This document shows positions 9,539 to 20,000 of a DNA stretch of 64,000 nucleotides, one piece after another. The stretch comes from an uncultured delta proteobacterium (GTDB lineage Bacteria > Desulfobacterota > Binatia > UBA9968), in the NCBI GenBank assembly GCA_963755715.1, contig CAVWLW010000002.1, forward strand, positions 39,345 through 103,344, given 5' to 3'. Both the position numbers and the translations under genes were made by a program. Each line of letters opens with the position of its first letter. The stretch's first letter is position 1. The notes beneath the pieces were generated by a model, which was given only the letters and a program-made list of their open reading frames with translations, was not told the DNA's origin and made no database searches.

Positions 9539-10525
9539 TCAACGCAGCTTCAGCTCCTTTTGCACTTCGCGCAGGGGCGCAAAGTCGCGTAGTTGATCGA
9601 GTGACGCCGGCTTTGGCAAACCGAGGGTCTGCACGCGCAAGTCAACGATGGCCTGCATCGTGGCGTCGCTGATACCGCCGTCGCTACTGAAACCCGGCAG
9701 GACCAGGTCGTAGGACTTGGAAGCGACGTCAGGTTTTTGACCGAGCCACTGCGCCATAATCGCGACAGTGTCATCGCGCCGATCGCGCACAAAACGCAAC
9801 CCGCGCACCAGCGCGCGAATCACTCTTTTGACTTCAGACCGCCTTTCCGCGAGCCTCTGGTTCGAAGCGCTCAAACCCATCGTCGGGCTGCCGACTTTAA
9901 CATCATTGGGCCCGGCGATGATCCGGTAGCCGTCGCGTTCGAGCAGGACGGGGCCCGGCGGCAGCAGGCAAACCGCATCGGCAAGGCCGCTGGTCAGCAC
10001 GCTCATGCGCACCGGCAGGTCGCCGCTGATCGTGACAAACTGAACGTCCTTGAGGTCGACGCCTTTGGATTCGAGAATCGCTTCAGCGGCAATGCGGTCC
10101 GATAAGCCGCGCGGCTGGGCGGCGAGTTTTTTGCCGCGCAGCTCGGCGACGCTTTTTATGCCGGGACGCGCAACGATATAGTAAGGCGGCTTTTCGGTGA
10201 TCACCGCCAGCAGCTTAGCGGGCACGCCTTGCATGATCGCGTTTAAAATACTGCCGAAGGTTGTCGTGTATTGGATCTCATTGTTGATCAGCGCCGGCGC
10301 GGCCACGGGCGGCCGCATTTGAACCATTACCGGCTCGAAGCCTTCGTCGCGAAAAAATCCTTTGGTCGCCGCCACGTGGGCCGGAAGAAATGCGAAGTCT
10401 CTGCTGGAGTAGGAAATAATTATTTTTTCTTCTTGGGCGGCATGAGTCGTGGTTGGTCCCAGAGCCAGAGCCACACTGATAAGAAGCGAACCGACAATTG
10501 GGCAATCCAGACTGCGCTTGAACAT
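9539..10525 (-). CDS. NitT/TauT ABC substrate-binding protein
   Basis: AAGGAG RBS before MFKRSL; VAATKGFFRDEG, ELRGKKLA. Confidence 0.85.
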   Translation of the reverse strand: MFKRSLDCPIVGSLLISVALALGPTTTHAAQEEKIIISYSSRDFAFLPAHVAATKGFFRDEGFEPVMVQMRPPVAAPALINNEIQYTTTFGSILNAIMQGVPAKLLAVITEKPPYYIVARPGIKSVAELRGKKLAAQPRGLSDRIAAEAILESKGVDLKDVQFVTISGDLPVRMSVLTSGLADAVCLLPPGPVLLERDGYRIIAGPNDVKVGSPTMGLSASNQRLAERRSEVKRVIRALVRGLRFVRDRRDDTVAIMAQWLGQKPDVASKSYDLVLPGFSSDGGISDATMQAIVDLRVQTLGLPKPASLDQLRDFAPLREVQKELKLR

Positions 10526-10705
10526 TGTTTTCTCCTTGGTGATTAGCGACGTGATCGACTCGAACATAAGTGAAGCGACACAAATCTGTCAACGTGAAAG
10601 GGGTTTTTGGCTTCCGCTTGGTTTTTCACGCGGCCTGGTAGGCATTGTTCCTTGACAGCGGTCGAATGCTGTAACTATATCGTAAGTACCAGCAAGGAGG
10701 TCGTC

Positions 10706-11749
10706 ATGATGAATGGTCCGGTGATCGACGCCGATGGGCATGTTTTGGAAAAAGAACGTTACATCCGCAAGTATCTCGAAGCGCCCTGGGACAAGCGGTC
10801 GACGTCGCTGCGCACGCGGGATCAGCCCTGGGACGCGAATCTGTTCGATAGCTTCGAAATGGCGGTGCGCTGGGAAGATCTCAGTCCCAAGGAACAGATC
10901 GACGAATGGCATGCGGTGATGGAGCGCGAGGGGATGGTTCATGCGATTTGTTTTCCCACCGGCTCGGGCAATGTCTCGAAAATCCAAGAGTTGGATTTCG
11001 CTCTTGCGGTGGCGCGCGCGTGCAACACCCACTTTGCCAAAGAATTTAACGCCCTGTCCAATCGCGTGAGCTGTGTCGGCGTGCTGCCGTTGCGTGATCC
11101 GAAGGCCGCCGCTGAAGAGCTGCGGCGTGGCGTGACGGAGTTGGGCTTGAAGGGGTTCGAGATCTTGCCAATGGGCTTGCCCATGGCGCTGGGCAGCACA
11201 TTTTACGATCCGGTCTACGCCGAAGCGGAAAAGTTGGGCGCGGTGATCGGTATCCACGGCTCGCGCAGTAATTCCCATGAGATCGGCGCGGCGAATCTGT
11301 CGACTTTCGCAGAGGTGCATTCGTACGCCTTTACTGTCGGCTTGTTGTTGCAGTTTACGCATGTCGTTTGCCAGGGTTTGCCGGTGCGTTTTCCAAACTT
11401 GAAATTAGCTTTCTTGGAGATCGGCGCAACTTGGCTGCCGTATTATTTGGACCGGCTGGACGAGCACTGGGAGAAGCGCGCCAAGCATGAAATGCCGCTG
11501 CTCAAGGACAAGCCGAGCGATTTGGTGCGAAAGTCGAAAATGTATTTCAGCCTCGAGTCGGGCGAGTCGTTGCTGCCCGAGTCGATCCATTACCTCGGCG
11601 CGGAGCATTTTCTTTATGCGTCGGATATTCCGCACTGGGACAATGAATTTCCCGGCAATCTTCACGCGCTGCGCAATCATCCGCGCATCTCGGATGCCGA
11701 CAAGGAGAAAATTCTGTACAGCAACGCCAAGCGGCTTTTTAACCTGTAG
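10706..11749 (+). CDS. Amidohydrolase_2 family protein (ACMSD-like)
   Basis: AAGGAGG RBS; VIDADGHVLE, LAFLEIG..W, YASDIPHWD, NA.RLF. Confidence 0.9.
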   Translation: MMNGPVIDADGHVLEKERYIRKYLEAPWDKRSTSLRTRDQPWDANLFDSFEMAVRWEDLSPKEQIDEWHAVMEREGMVHAICFPTGSGNVSKIQELDFALAVARACNTHFAKEFNALSNRVSCVGVLPLRDPKAAAEELRRGVTELGLKGFEILPMGLPMALGSTFYDPVYAEAEKLGAVIGIHGSRSNSHEIGAANLSTFAEVHSYAFTVGLLLQFTHVVCQGLPVRFPNLKLAFLEIGATWLPYYLDRLDEHWEKRAKHEMPLLKDKPSDLVRKSKMYFSLESGESLLPESIHYLGAEHFLYASDIPHWDNEFPGNLHALRNHPRISDADKEKILYSNAKRLFNL

Positions 11750-11764
11750 CTTTTATGCTCCTCC

Positions 11765-12781
11765 GTGAGGTCTTCCATGTTTAGTCGCAGACTAAATATC
11801 GTTCGCTTTTTGCTTTTTGTCATCCTCTGCGCGCCGTCTCCGCTCGCACAGGCGGCCGACAAAATTGTCGCGCTTTATTCTTCGCATGCGGTCCCCTATG
11901 TGATGCCGTGGGTCGCTGAGGAGCTGGGAGCGCTCAAAAAATACGATATAGAGCTGGAGTTCGTCTACATACCGTCATCGTCAGCGGCGACGGCGGCGAT
12001 CCTCGGCGGCAATGTCGAAATTGGTTTGCTCGGGGGCGTCGGTATCGTCAATGCTTACTCCAGCGGCGCCACGGACGTAGTCTTTATCGGCAGTATCAAG
12101 AACATCATGACGCAAAGCATTCTCGCCAAGCCGGAAATCACCCGGCTGGAGCAGCTTCGCGGTAAACGGATCGGCGTGACGCGCATCGGCAGCAACACGC
12201 ATTTTTTCACGGTACAGGCGTTTCGCCGGGCCGGCATGAACCCGGACAAGGATTTTATTTTTATTCAGACCGGGGGTGACAACGAAACCTTGGGTGCGCT
12301 CGCATCGGGTCGGATCGACGCCGCGACGATGCTGCCTCCCACCGACGGCCGGGCGATTGCGCTGGGGTTTCGTTACGTAGTCTTCGGACCGGACATCGCA
12401 ATTCCCTATGCCGCTTCGACCATCACCTCACGGCGGTCGGTCATCGCGCGGCGCGGGCCGGTGATCGGCCGCTTCATGCGCGCCATGGCCGAAGCCTCAA
12501 AGGCGATGCACCGTGACCGAGAGCTGGTTTATCGCGTGATGGAAAAGAAACTGCGCATTAAAGATCGCTCGATCCTCGAGGCCAGCTACAACATCGAGAT
12601 GAAAGTGATGGAGCCGCGCCTGGAGCTCAAAGCGCCGGCGATCCAACCGATGATCGAGGAAGTCGCCAAAACCAATCCGCGCGCCAACGACGTCAAGCCG
12701 CAGGATCTGATGGATCGGCGCTATTTAGCGGAAATGGAAAGCAGCGGCTTCTTTAGTCAACTGTGGGGTGAAAAGCGTTAA
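11765..12781 (+). CDS. NitT/TauT ABC substrate-binding protein
   Basis: Signal peptide, QLRGKRIGVTRIGS, C-terminal EMESSGFF. Confidence 0.85.
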   Translation: MRSSMFSRRLNIVRFLLFVILCAPSPLAQAADKIVALYSSHAVPYVMPWVAEELGALKKYDIELEFVYIPSSSAATAAILGGNVEIGLLGGVGIVNAYSSGATDVVFIGSIKNIMTQSILAKPEITRLEQLRGKRIGVTRIGSNTHFFTVQAFRRAGMNPDKDFIFIQTGGDNETLGALASGRIDAATMLPPTDGRAIALGFRYVVFGPDIAIPYAASTITSRRSVIARRGPVIGRFMRAMAEASKAMHRDRELVYRVMEKKLRIKDRSILEASYNIEMKVMEPRLELKAPAIQPMIEEVAKTNPRANDVKPQDLMDRRYLAEMESSGFFSQLWGEKR

Positions 12782-12868
12782 CATCTTCGAGGATGGAGAA
12801 TGGGGAGGATCGAAGATAGAGCACACAGTCCTCCTCTATGCTCGGTTTCTCTGTCGCCGTGCTTCTGT

Positions 12869-14010
12869 TTATCTCGCGGGCAAATCTTCGTTTTCAGATT
12901 GAACCAATTGCGTGCATTCTCGCCGAGGACGTGACGGAGCTTGTCTTCGGTCATGCCGGGAATTTTCTTCACTTCTTTAACCGAGTCGGGAAACTCCGAG
13001 TCCCAGTGGCGATAATCGGAGGCATACATCACTTGCGTGATGCCGATATCGTCGAGCACATAAGGCAAAATAGTTTCTTCCGGCTCGCAGGTGAAAGCGA
13101 CTTGGGAACTCTTGATGATTTCCGACGGTTTCCGTTTCAGCAACGGCCACTGCGGCCGCAGCTTGTGAAAGTGTTCGTCCATGCGTTCCGACCAGAAGGG
13201 CAGCCAGCCGCAGGCGCCTTCCATGAAGCCGACTTTGAGCTTGGGATAGCGGTCGAAGACGCCTTCGCCGATCATGTGCATGAGCGCGATCATCAGCTCG
13301 AAGGGAAACGACGTCATATGCACATAGCTGTATTTTTCCATGCGCTCGCTGCCGGCGCCCATGACGCCCCACACGCCATACTGGCCGTCATGTTCGGTTT
13401 GCGGATGAACCGAGAGCGCCATGCCGATTTCCTGCGCCGCGGCGTAAACCGGGTCGAACATGCGATGTCCGAGATTGATGCCATAAACATTGGTCGGCAG
13501 CATGGCGCTGACGATGGCGCGATGCTGCGCGAGGTATGCCAATTCTTTAACGGCGGCCTGCGGATCTTGCACGGGAAGCAGCCCGACGCCTTTCAAACGT
13601 TTCGGATCGGGCGCGAGATATTCTTCGACGAGCCAGCGGTTGACCGCATGGCAGATCGCCGCGGCCAACGGTTTGTCGGCCATGCCGTTGACCGACAACG
13701 CGATGGAAGTGCCGAAGATGATCGCGACGTCGATGCCTTCTTCGTCCATGTCGGGCAGCCGCTTGAGCGGATCAGTCATGCCGGGTCGGGCGCGCTCGAT
13801 GTGCGGCGCGAAAACCTCGGCACGGTCCGGTCCACCCCCCCAGCGCCGGCGGCTGGAGAGCCTGCCTTCGATCATCAAGTGCGAATAACCGGAGCTGTCG
13901 GTGACTCGATTGGGCGCTCGTTTGGCAAACTCCGCGGGCATCCACTTCGCCAGATCGTTGTCCGGTTCGTAACAATGGCCGTCGGCATCAATCACTAGAT
14001 GGGTCGCCAT
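12869..14010 (-). CDS. Amidohydrolase_2 family protein; probable indel near 12890 extends the ORF to 12778
   Basis: GGAGG RBS, MATHLVIDADGH, FMEGACGW, YASDYRHWD. Restoring one A in the run near 12892 gives ...NLKNEDLPAR*. Confidence 0.85.
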
Positions 14011-14288
14011 AACACCTCCAAGAGCGTTTGATAGGGATGGATTTTTACCTATTCGGGTTGGCGGTGAATTGCAAACGGGCAACGAAACTCCCGGCTTTCA
14101 CCCGTTGCCCGAGTCGATATCATTGCACGCCCTCGTGCGCGTCGATTTCCGCCGGCGCGAAAAAGGCGGCAGAGCCTCGGGCAAAATCATGCAGCTTTAC
14201 TTCGAGTATACGTTCTGGTGTCTGCCGGCCGGGGTCGATCCCGAAGTGGCCGCGGCCTTAAATTGGCAAGAAATAATTTTCTAAGTGG

Positions 14289-15320
14289 CTAACCGGCGGC
14301 AATTTCGGCGACTATTTCAGGGAGGGAAAAGCCGCAGCGGGCGATGAGTAAGCGCTCGAAGTCGGCGTCGGTAGAAAACTTAAAGCGGACCGCGCCGGTC
14401 TGGTCCCAAAGCTCCTTAGACGGTATCTGACACTGATTGCAGGAAGCTCCCTTGTCGCAACTCGACAGTTTAGCGCCGCTCGTGACGGTGGCGGTTGTGC
14501 CGATGCGCGGGTCCACGCCGCGCGAGTTTACGCGCACGACGACGCCGCTGCCGCGGTAATCGATCCCAGGGAATTGACGCGCTTGGCGGTTCGGATTGAG
14601 ATCCACCGGGGTTTCCGAAAGCACGCCGCGGCGGATCTCGTGGGTCTCGGCGTCGAATTCGACTTCTTCTCCGGTCGGCAACGTAACGATGTTTCGGCCG
14701 CCTGAGTTGACGATGGCGGGCAGAAATTTGCGCGGAAAAAATAACATGAGGGTGTTCATGATTTCGCTCAAACGAAAGACCCGGTCGCGCGCAGGGGCCC
14801 AGTCCGAGACCATCAGATAGATGTCTTGGCGGGCGCGCTCATCGAAGCGGAATTGAAAATCACGGGTGAACAACTGATTTTTTACCGCGTCGTGGCGGGG
14901 CGCGAGGATCGGGTTGCCGCCCTGATTGGAAAATTCAAAGCCGACGATCTCGCCGCGCCGATTCATGCGATACTGCCAAGCGACCTTGCGTGAAGGTTCG
15001 CTTGACCGGCTGTTGATCGTCGTATTGTACTCGACTCGGCGCGACACCGTCTCTTTTGTCGGCGCGCCGATGAGCGATTCCGGCAGCAGTCTGGGGATGA
15101 TTTCCTTGTTTTGTTTGAGTGCCGTATCGACGCCGCTTTCCGGCAGCTTGGCGCTTTCGAGCGGGACGTCGGTTTTCGTTGGCTCGACTTCCTGGACGCC
15201 AGTAGTCGGCGGCGTCGAAATCGGCGTCGATCGGCAGGCGCCTAAGAAAAACGGCGTGAAGACGCAAAGCAGCAGGGCCATAGTTTTGCGCCGCATCGGA
15301 TTTCCTAGAACTGGCTTCAT
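14289..15320 (-). CDS. Hypothetical lipoprotein
   Basis: MRRKTMALLLCVFTPFFLGAC lipobox, low-complexity linker, Cys-rich C-terminal segment. No family recognised. Confidence 0.65.
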   Translation of the reverse strand: MKPVLGNPMRRKTMALLLCVFTPFFLGACRSTPISTPPTTGVQEVEPTKTDVPLESAKLPESGVDTALKQNKEIIPRLLPESLIGAPTKETVSRRVEYNTTINSRSSEPSRKVAWQYRMNRRGEIVGFEFSNQGGNPILAPRHDAVKNQLFTRDFQFRFDERARQDIYLMVSDWAPARDRVFRLSEIMNTLMLFFPRKFLPAIVNSGGRNIVTLPTGEEVEFDAETHEIRRGVLSETPVDLNPNRQARQFPGIDYRGSGVVVRVNSRGVDPRIGTTATVTSGAKLSSCDKGASCNQCQIPSKELWDQTGAVRFKFSTDADFERLLIARCGFSLPEIVAEIAAG

Positions 15321-15505
15321 CGGTCGCTAAGCTTCTCCATAATAGCTAACAATTGAACGTTGTTCTGCGCAACGTTTGTGCCTTGCCCGCCGTCCGAACG
15401 GAATGTGAATCGCGCGCAAGGCTTAACCGTAAAACGCATTTGCCGGCGCCGACTGCGCGGGGAGCACGCCATTTTTGCTCATGACTTTGGACAAAATAGA
15501 CGACC

Positions 15506-16146
15506 TTATCGTGGCTGGTTAAGCTTGCCGATCTGTTCGGCGAGCTGACCCGCTGTGATCACATAACTGGGCGCGATCGGCAGGCCCGCTGACTCGAGCG
15601 CTTCGGCAACCCAGCCGTTGCAGGTCCTCAGAAGGCTGAACCTGCGCGTGGCGGGATAGAAATAGCTGTGGACAAAAAGGCCAGGGTAGGATTGAGCGCG
15701 ATACCCCGGCGCCGGGCGTGAAAAAGTTTTTGAGACAAAATCCAGCAAACGTCCATAAGCGGCGGGCATTAAACGCAGCTCGATGATTGCCGCGCCAGCA
15801 TAGAAAGCTTGCCAGTCGCCGCTCAACCCGACAACGTGGACTACGCTGCCGCTCGACCAAAATGCCGCCTTGAGCCCCGCAAATACGCCGGCGTCCGGGT
15901 TGGGAAAATAATCCTTGTCGCCCCAGCTGAATTCGACGAATTGCGCGCTCGGGAAAATCAACGAGCTCCGGCACACCTCGGAAGCGATATCGCCCTTGCG
16001 CAGAACGATCGCGGCATGCCAAGCGCTATGCACGATGAAGACGGACCGGCAACTTGGTGGCGGCGCCGTGCACTCCCATTCCATGCGCTTGCGTGCGCCG
16101 GCGGGGCGAGCAGCAACAGGCAAAGCAGAACAGCTCGGCAGACCAT
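15506..16146 (-). CDS. DUF2459 (TIGR02117-like) protein; several frameshifts
   Basis: Signal peptide in one frame; WHAAIV, FSWGDKDYF, FSLLRTCNGWVAEAL in others. Confidence 0.65.
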
Positions 16147-16248
16147 AGACGTAAGAAAGTGCGAAAGCGCGACGTCGTTTCCAGCCGAACATAGCAAATG
16201 GGATCGTTACAATTTTAGCGATCCGACCAGTGGGGCTTACGGCACCGA

Positions 16249-17766
16249 TCAGTGTCGTTCCATGCGCAAGACGAAGCCGTTGCGTTTGATAGAAACTCGT
16301 ACAGGGGCTTTGCGTTTGCTGATTTGTTCGATCAGAGTAACCAGCGGCGTCGACGCGGTCGGATAATCTTTCGGTGCGCCGGCGGCTTTCATCGCGGCGA
16401 CGGCCTCCTCGCCGGCAAAATAGTGGAGCAGCTTATCATCATCGCTCACCGATGCGCCGCCGAATTTGCGGCGAAATTCTTTGAGCGACATTTCCGGCGC
16501 TTTTAGTTTGGCCAACTCCCGGCCGCGCGGACTATAGAGAAGGCGGTCTTTCAAATCGGCGTCGATGGCCTGCGCTTCTTCTTCGCCCCAAAATCCCAGC
16601 GCATAAAGCAGCACTTCGTCGGTGACTTCCTTGTAACGCGCGCCGACCATGACGTTGATCGCGGCTTGAACGCCGAAGAATTGCGAATAGGGTGTCACCA
16701 TAATCGGATAACCGAACTCGGCACGGACGCGCGAAACTTCTTCCAGCACCGCGGGCAACTGGTCGAGCTTGCCTAGATTGGCAAGCTGAAAACGGAAGTT
16801 GGAAATCATGCCGCCCGGCACTTGATGCAGCGGGTGATAGGCGTCGTATTCGAGCGGCTTGCCCACGGGCAGATTTTCTTGTTTGGCAATGGCGGTGAAA
16901 TAATCGCGCACCGGCTTGAGCGATTCTTCGTCGACGTGGGTCTTGTAGCCGAGCGCCCGTGCGTTCATGGCGACGTTGAAGATCGACGGGTTGGACGAGC
17001 CATCGGCGAGCGGCGGAATCGCCGTATTGATCGAGGTGATGCCGAGCTTGATCGCTTCGAGACAACACAGCGCGCCGAGTCCGGTGTTGCAGTGGGTATG
17101 AAATTCGACCGGTTTGTCCTTCGCTTCGCGCCGGATCAACGGCACCAACCGGCGCGTGGTTTCAGGGGTGAGCAATCCGCCCGGGTCTTTGAAGCAGATA
17201 CGCTCGACGTCGAGCTTGGCGGCCGCGCGCGCTCGCTCGATGAAATACTCGTCGGTATGCTTCGGCGAAATCGAATAGATGATGTTCAAAATAGTTTTGA
17301 GACCGGCCCGTTTGGCGGCCTCGACCGCTTGCCGCCAATAGGCCGGCGTGTTCGAAGGGTCCGAAGTGCGCAGCTCGTCGATGCCGTTGGCGGCGAGCCG
17401 TTCGAGCCAGAGATCGGCTACGGCCGGCGGCGTGATCTGAAACGCCAACATCGAGCGGCTGCGGATCGAACGCAGCGGTGTTTTTCTCAAGCGTTGCTTG
17501 AGCAAGCGAACGCGCTCCCAAGGATCTTCCTTGAGATCGCGCACGCATTTTTTATAAAACGCGGAGGACATGACCTCGACGGCCTCGAAGCCGGCGCGAT
17601 CGAGCCGCTCAGCGACCGGCAGCATCATTCCCGTGCGCATATTGGACGCCCACAAGCTCAAGTGGCCATCGCGCAGGGTGGTGTCGACGAAGAAGATCGT
17701 ACCGGAGTTTACTTGATCGCTCACGTTAGAGCGTCCGACGGATTTGCCATTTGGCAAGGAACTCAT
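16249..17766 (-). CDS. Pyruvate carboxylase subunit B / oxaloacetate decarboxylase alpha-like carboxyltransferase without biotinyl domain
   Basis: DTTLRDGH, KDPGG, FHTHCNTG, HQVPGGMISN, GYPIMVTPYSQ. No C-terminal biotin-attachment motif. Confidence 0.85.
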   Translation of the reverse strand: MSSLPNGKSVGRSNVSDQVNSGTIFFVDTTLRDGHLSLWASNMRTGMMLPVAERLDRAGFEAVEVMSSAFYKKCVRDLKEDPWERVRLLKQRLRKTPLRSIRSRSMLAFQITPPAVADLWLERLAANGIDELRTSDPSNTPAYWRQAVEAAKRAGLKTILNIIYSISPKHTDEYFIERARAAAKLDVERICFKDPGGLLTPETTRRLVPLIRREAKDKPVEFHTHCNTGLGALCCLEAIKLGITSINTAIPPLADGSSNPSIFNVAMNARALGYKTHVDEESLKPVRDYFTAIAKQENLPVGKPLEYDAYHPLHQVPGGMISNFRFQLANLGKLDQLPAVLEEVSRVRAEFGYPIMVTPYSQFFGVQAAINVMVGARYKEVTDEVLLYALGFWGEEEAQAIDADLKDRLLYSPRGRELAKLKAPEMSLKEFRRKFGGASVSDDDKLLHYFAGEEAVAAMKAAGAPKDYPTASTPLVTLIEQISKRKAPVRVSIKRNGFVLRMERH

Positions 17767-17826
17767 TGGGGGTGGCGTGAGGAAGTACGGCTGAATCGGG
17801 ACGCAAACTCCAATACTTCATCTCTC

Positions 17827-18795
17827 TCAGTATCCTTGTTTGCGCAGTTTGTCGAGAATACTGCTATCGAAGAAATCGTCTTTCTTGATCTTGGCGCTTG
17901 CTGCATTGGCCTTGCGTTCCTGTTCGAGAAATATTTCGACGCCGTTATCGTCGGGGTATAAGTCGCGATCGATCTGGCCCAATAATACTTTCTGATAATA
18001 ATGTTTCAGAAAAGCGTCATCTTTCAGCTTGAGTTGGCTGGCAAGAAAGTTGATGGTGCCGTGGGCATTGGAAAACACGTATCGAGTGGCGTCGAGGAGC
18101 GCTCTGACGGTATTTTCCATGATCCGCGGATTGTCTCGGATATACTCGCGGCGGGTGAAGTAGCCGGAAGAGAAGTAATGAGGAATCACGGAGGCGTATT
18201 CCAGCACGGGGCGGAAGCCTAAACGCTCCGCTTCCATGGTATAGGGAGGGGCCAGAACGACGGCGTCGACATTTCCCGATTGCAGCATGGCAAGACGGGT
18301 TGGTTGTCCCCCCACGGTCTGAACAAACACGACGTCCGTGCCGACACGCATGCCTAGTTTTTCAAACACAACCCGGCCCCGGTAGTCCGGACCGGCGCCC
18401 GCCGTGCCGACGGCGATTTTCTTGCCGCGAAGTTGCTGTACTGATTTGATGCTCTTATCGGCGAACACGACGAGATCCATACGGTTGCTGATAGCCCCGA
18501 AATAGATGAAATCTGTGCCGCGCAGATTGGATTGGAGCACCGCGCCCGGCGCCGAGATGGCCATTTGCAAGCGGCCGGTTAACATTTCCTGGATAACGCT
18601 ATGTCCGCCGGGCATGTACACGACATTGGCATCGATCTTATGTTTCTTAAAAAACCCCGCATCTCTGGCGATCCACAAGGGCGATTGAATGCCGATGAGC
18701 GAGCTGTAGGAAAAGGTGATGCTTTGACAGAAGCCTTCACCGTAAAGCGAGATGAAACTCAAAATCGCCAAGATCGCGATAAAAAGTCGGCCCAT
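17827..18795 (-). CDS. NitT/TauT ABC substrate-binding protein
   Basis: PLWIARDAGFFKKH, QLRGKKIA. Confidence 0.85.
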   Translation of the reverse strand: MGRLFIAILAILSFISLYGEGFCQSITFSYSSLIGIQSPLWIARDAGFFKKHKIDANVVYMPGGHSVIQEMLTGRLQMAISAPGAVLQSNLRGTDFIYFGAISNRMDLVVFADKSIKSVQQLRGKKIAVGTAGAGPDYRGRVVFEKLGMRVGTDVVFVQTVGGQPTRLAMLQSGNVDAVVLAPPYTMEAERLGFRPVLEYASVIPHYFSSGYFTRREYIRDNPRIMENTVRALLDATRYVFSNAHGTINFLASQLKLKDDAFLKHYYQKVLLGQIDRDLYPDDNGVEIFLEQERKANAASAKIKKDDFFDSSILDKLRKQGY

Positions 18796-18865
18796 TGCTA
18801 TCGCTCCGTTGCGTTATAAATCGCAGATGAGAAATCTCGAAAGGAAATGTCTCCAACGAATGATG

Positions 18866-19201
18866 TCAATCAAGATTCACATAGGCTCGCACCCATTCGT
18901 GCGGCGTCGCGGTGTGTCCTTGACCGCTGGTATCCTCGGCGAGGAAGACGTCGCCGGGATAAAAGCTCGTGACTGTGCCGTCGCCGAGTCCGATATCGAC
19001 GTGGCCGGAAAGCGTAATTACCCAGCGCCGGCGCGGCGCCCTGTGAAAATTGACAATATGCGGCGCAAAATCGTTGCGCAACAGCAATCCGGTTGCCGGT
19101 CGTGTCGCGTTGAAAAACTCGGACTGAGCGCCCGCGTCCAACGGCTCGAAATGCGATTGCTCGTCGGGTCCGGTGAATAAGCGATAAAACTTCATGCCCA
19201 A
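18866..19201 (-). CDS. Small cupin-fold protein
   Basis: R.FTG.D..SHFE, H.APRRRW.ITLSG, PGDVFLAEDTSGQGH. Paralog of 48865-49194. Confidence 0.8.
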   Translation of the reverse strand: MGMKFYRLFTGPDEQSHFEPLDAGAQSEFFNATRPATGLLLRNDFAPHIVNFHRAPRRRWVITLSGHVDIGLGDGTVTSFYPGDVFLAEDTSGQGHTATPHEWVRAYVNLD

Positions 19202-19399
19202 TTCGTTCGCAGGTCAATCTAGAGCTTTCGATCGACTCTTCACGGCTTTGTCTGCCACGACTATTTCTCTGCCGGATAATATAGCAAACTTATCGGCTTT
19301 GAGGCGAGGAAAAATTGGCGAAAATCGTGGCCGTTATGAATATGAGGCGGCGCCAGGAGGATCGCATGCCGTTGCGAATCCTCCTGGCCAAAAGCGAGC

Positions 19400-19504
19400 T
19401 TAGGACTGGAGATATGAATGAAGCATACCCCAGATTGAATAAATCACGGTCAGGCCGATGGTTCCCCAGATGATAAGCTTTAGCCAAATAGGAAAATCTT
19501 CCAT
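19400..19504 (-). CDS. 34-aa single-pass membrane peptide
   Basis: GAGGAG RBS; MEDFPIWLKLIIWGTIGLTVIYSIWGMLHSYLQS*. Below the ORF-track cutoff. Confidence 0.6.
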   Translation of the reverse strand: MEDFPIWLKLIIWGTIGLTVIYSIWGMLHSYLQS

Positions 19505-19637
19505 TTTATTCTCTCCTCAGAAGCGCCGAATGCTGTCGGGCTTCGCTCGATCGTTTGCCCTGTTTTCCGGCGACAAGGCAACGTAATCCTTGTGCGCTTG
19601 CCGGATGCGGATCAGCGGCGTGGATGGCAGCGATGAT

Positions 19638-19940
19638 TTAAATGAGGAAGACAGACTTTCTTTTATAGAGGGGGCGCGCAGCCGGAGCGGGCGGCGCTTT
19701 ATCGATGGCGTTGTCTGTTCGGCTTGGCGACGCTAACGACGAGGAAATTTCGATACAAAAGCATGTCGATGCCGGGGCATGACGGTGCTCGTCGTCGATG
19801 TCGATCGGTGCGATGAGCGAAGCAGCGGTATTTGGAACGGCAATTGAAAGTTCGCTTCGGTCCGTCGCAAGATTGAAAGACCAGCTCTGACTGAGCAGCG
19901 GCGGGATCAGGACCAGTATGAGAAGAATTCTTGCGATCAC
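19638..19940 (-). CDS. Exported His/Cys-containing protein, possible leader/regulatory peptide
   Basis: Hydrophobic N-terminus, DDEHRH..STCFC, C-terminal KAPPAPAARPLYKRKSVFLI*. Confidence 0.5.
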   Translation of the reverse strand: MIARILLILVLIPPLLSQSWSFNLATDRSELSIAVPNTAASLIAPIDIDDEHRHAPASTCFCIEISSSLASPSRTDNAIDKAPPAPAARPLYKRKSVFLI

Positions 19941-20000
19941 ATGCGCTCACCGAGAGACGATATCAGACCTCGCGCGAAAATCGCTGCATCGCGCGGTCGC

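Noticed and set aside
14069-14284. Small + strand ORF ending MQLYFEYTFWCLPAGVDPEVAAALNWQEIIF
   Set aside because: No clear RBS and no recognisable family; cannot be supported.
19505-19600. c-di-GMP-I riboswitch (minus-strand CAGGGCAAAC)
   Set aside because: The expected GAAA tetraloop stem and GACGCAAAG receptor are not present.
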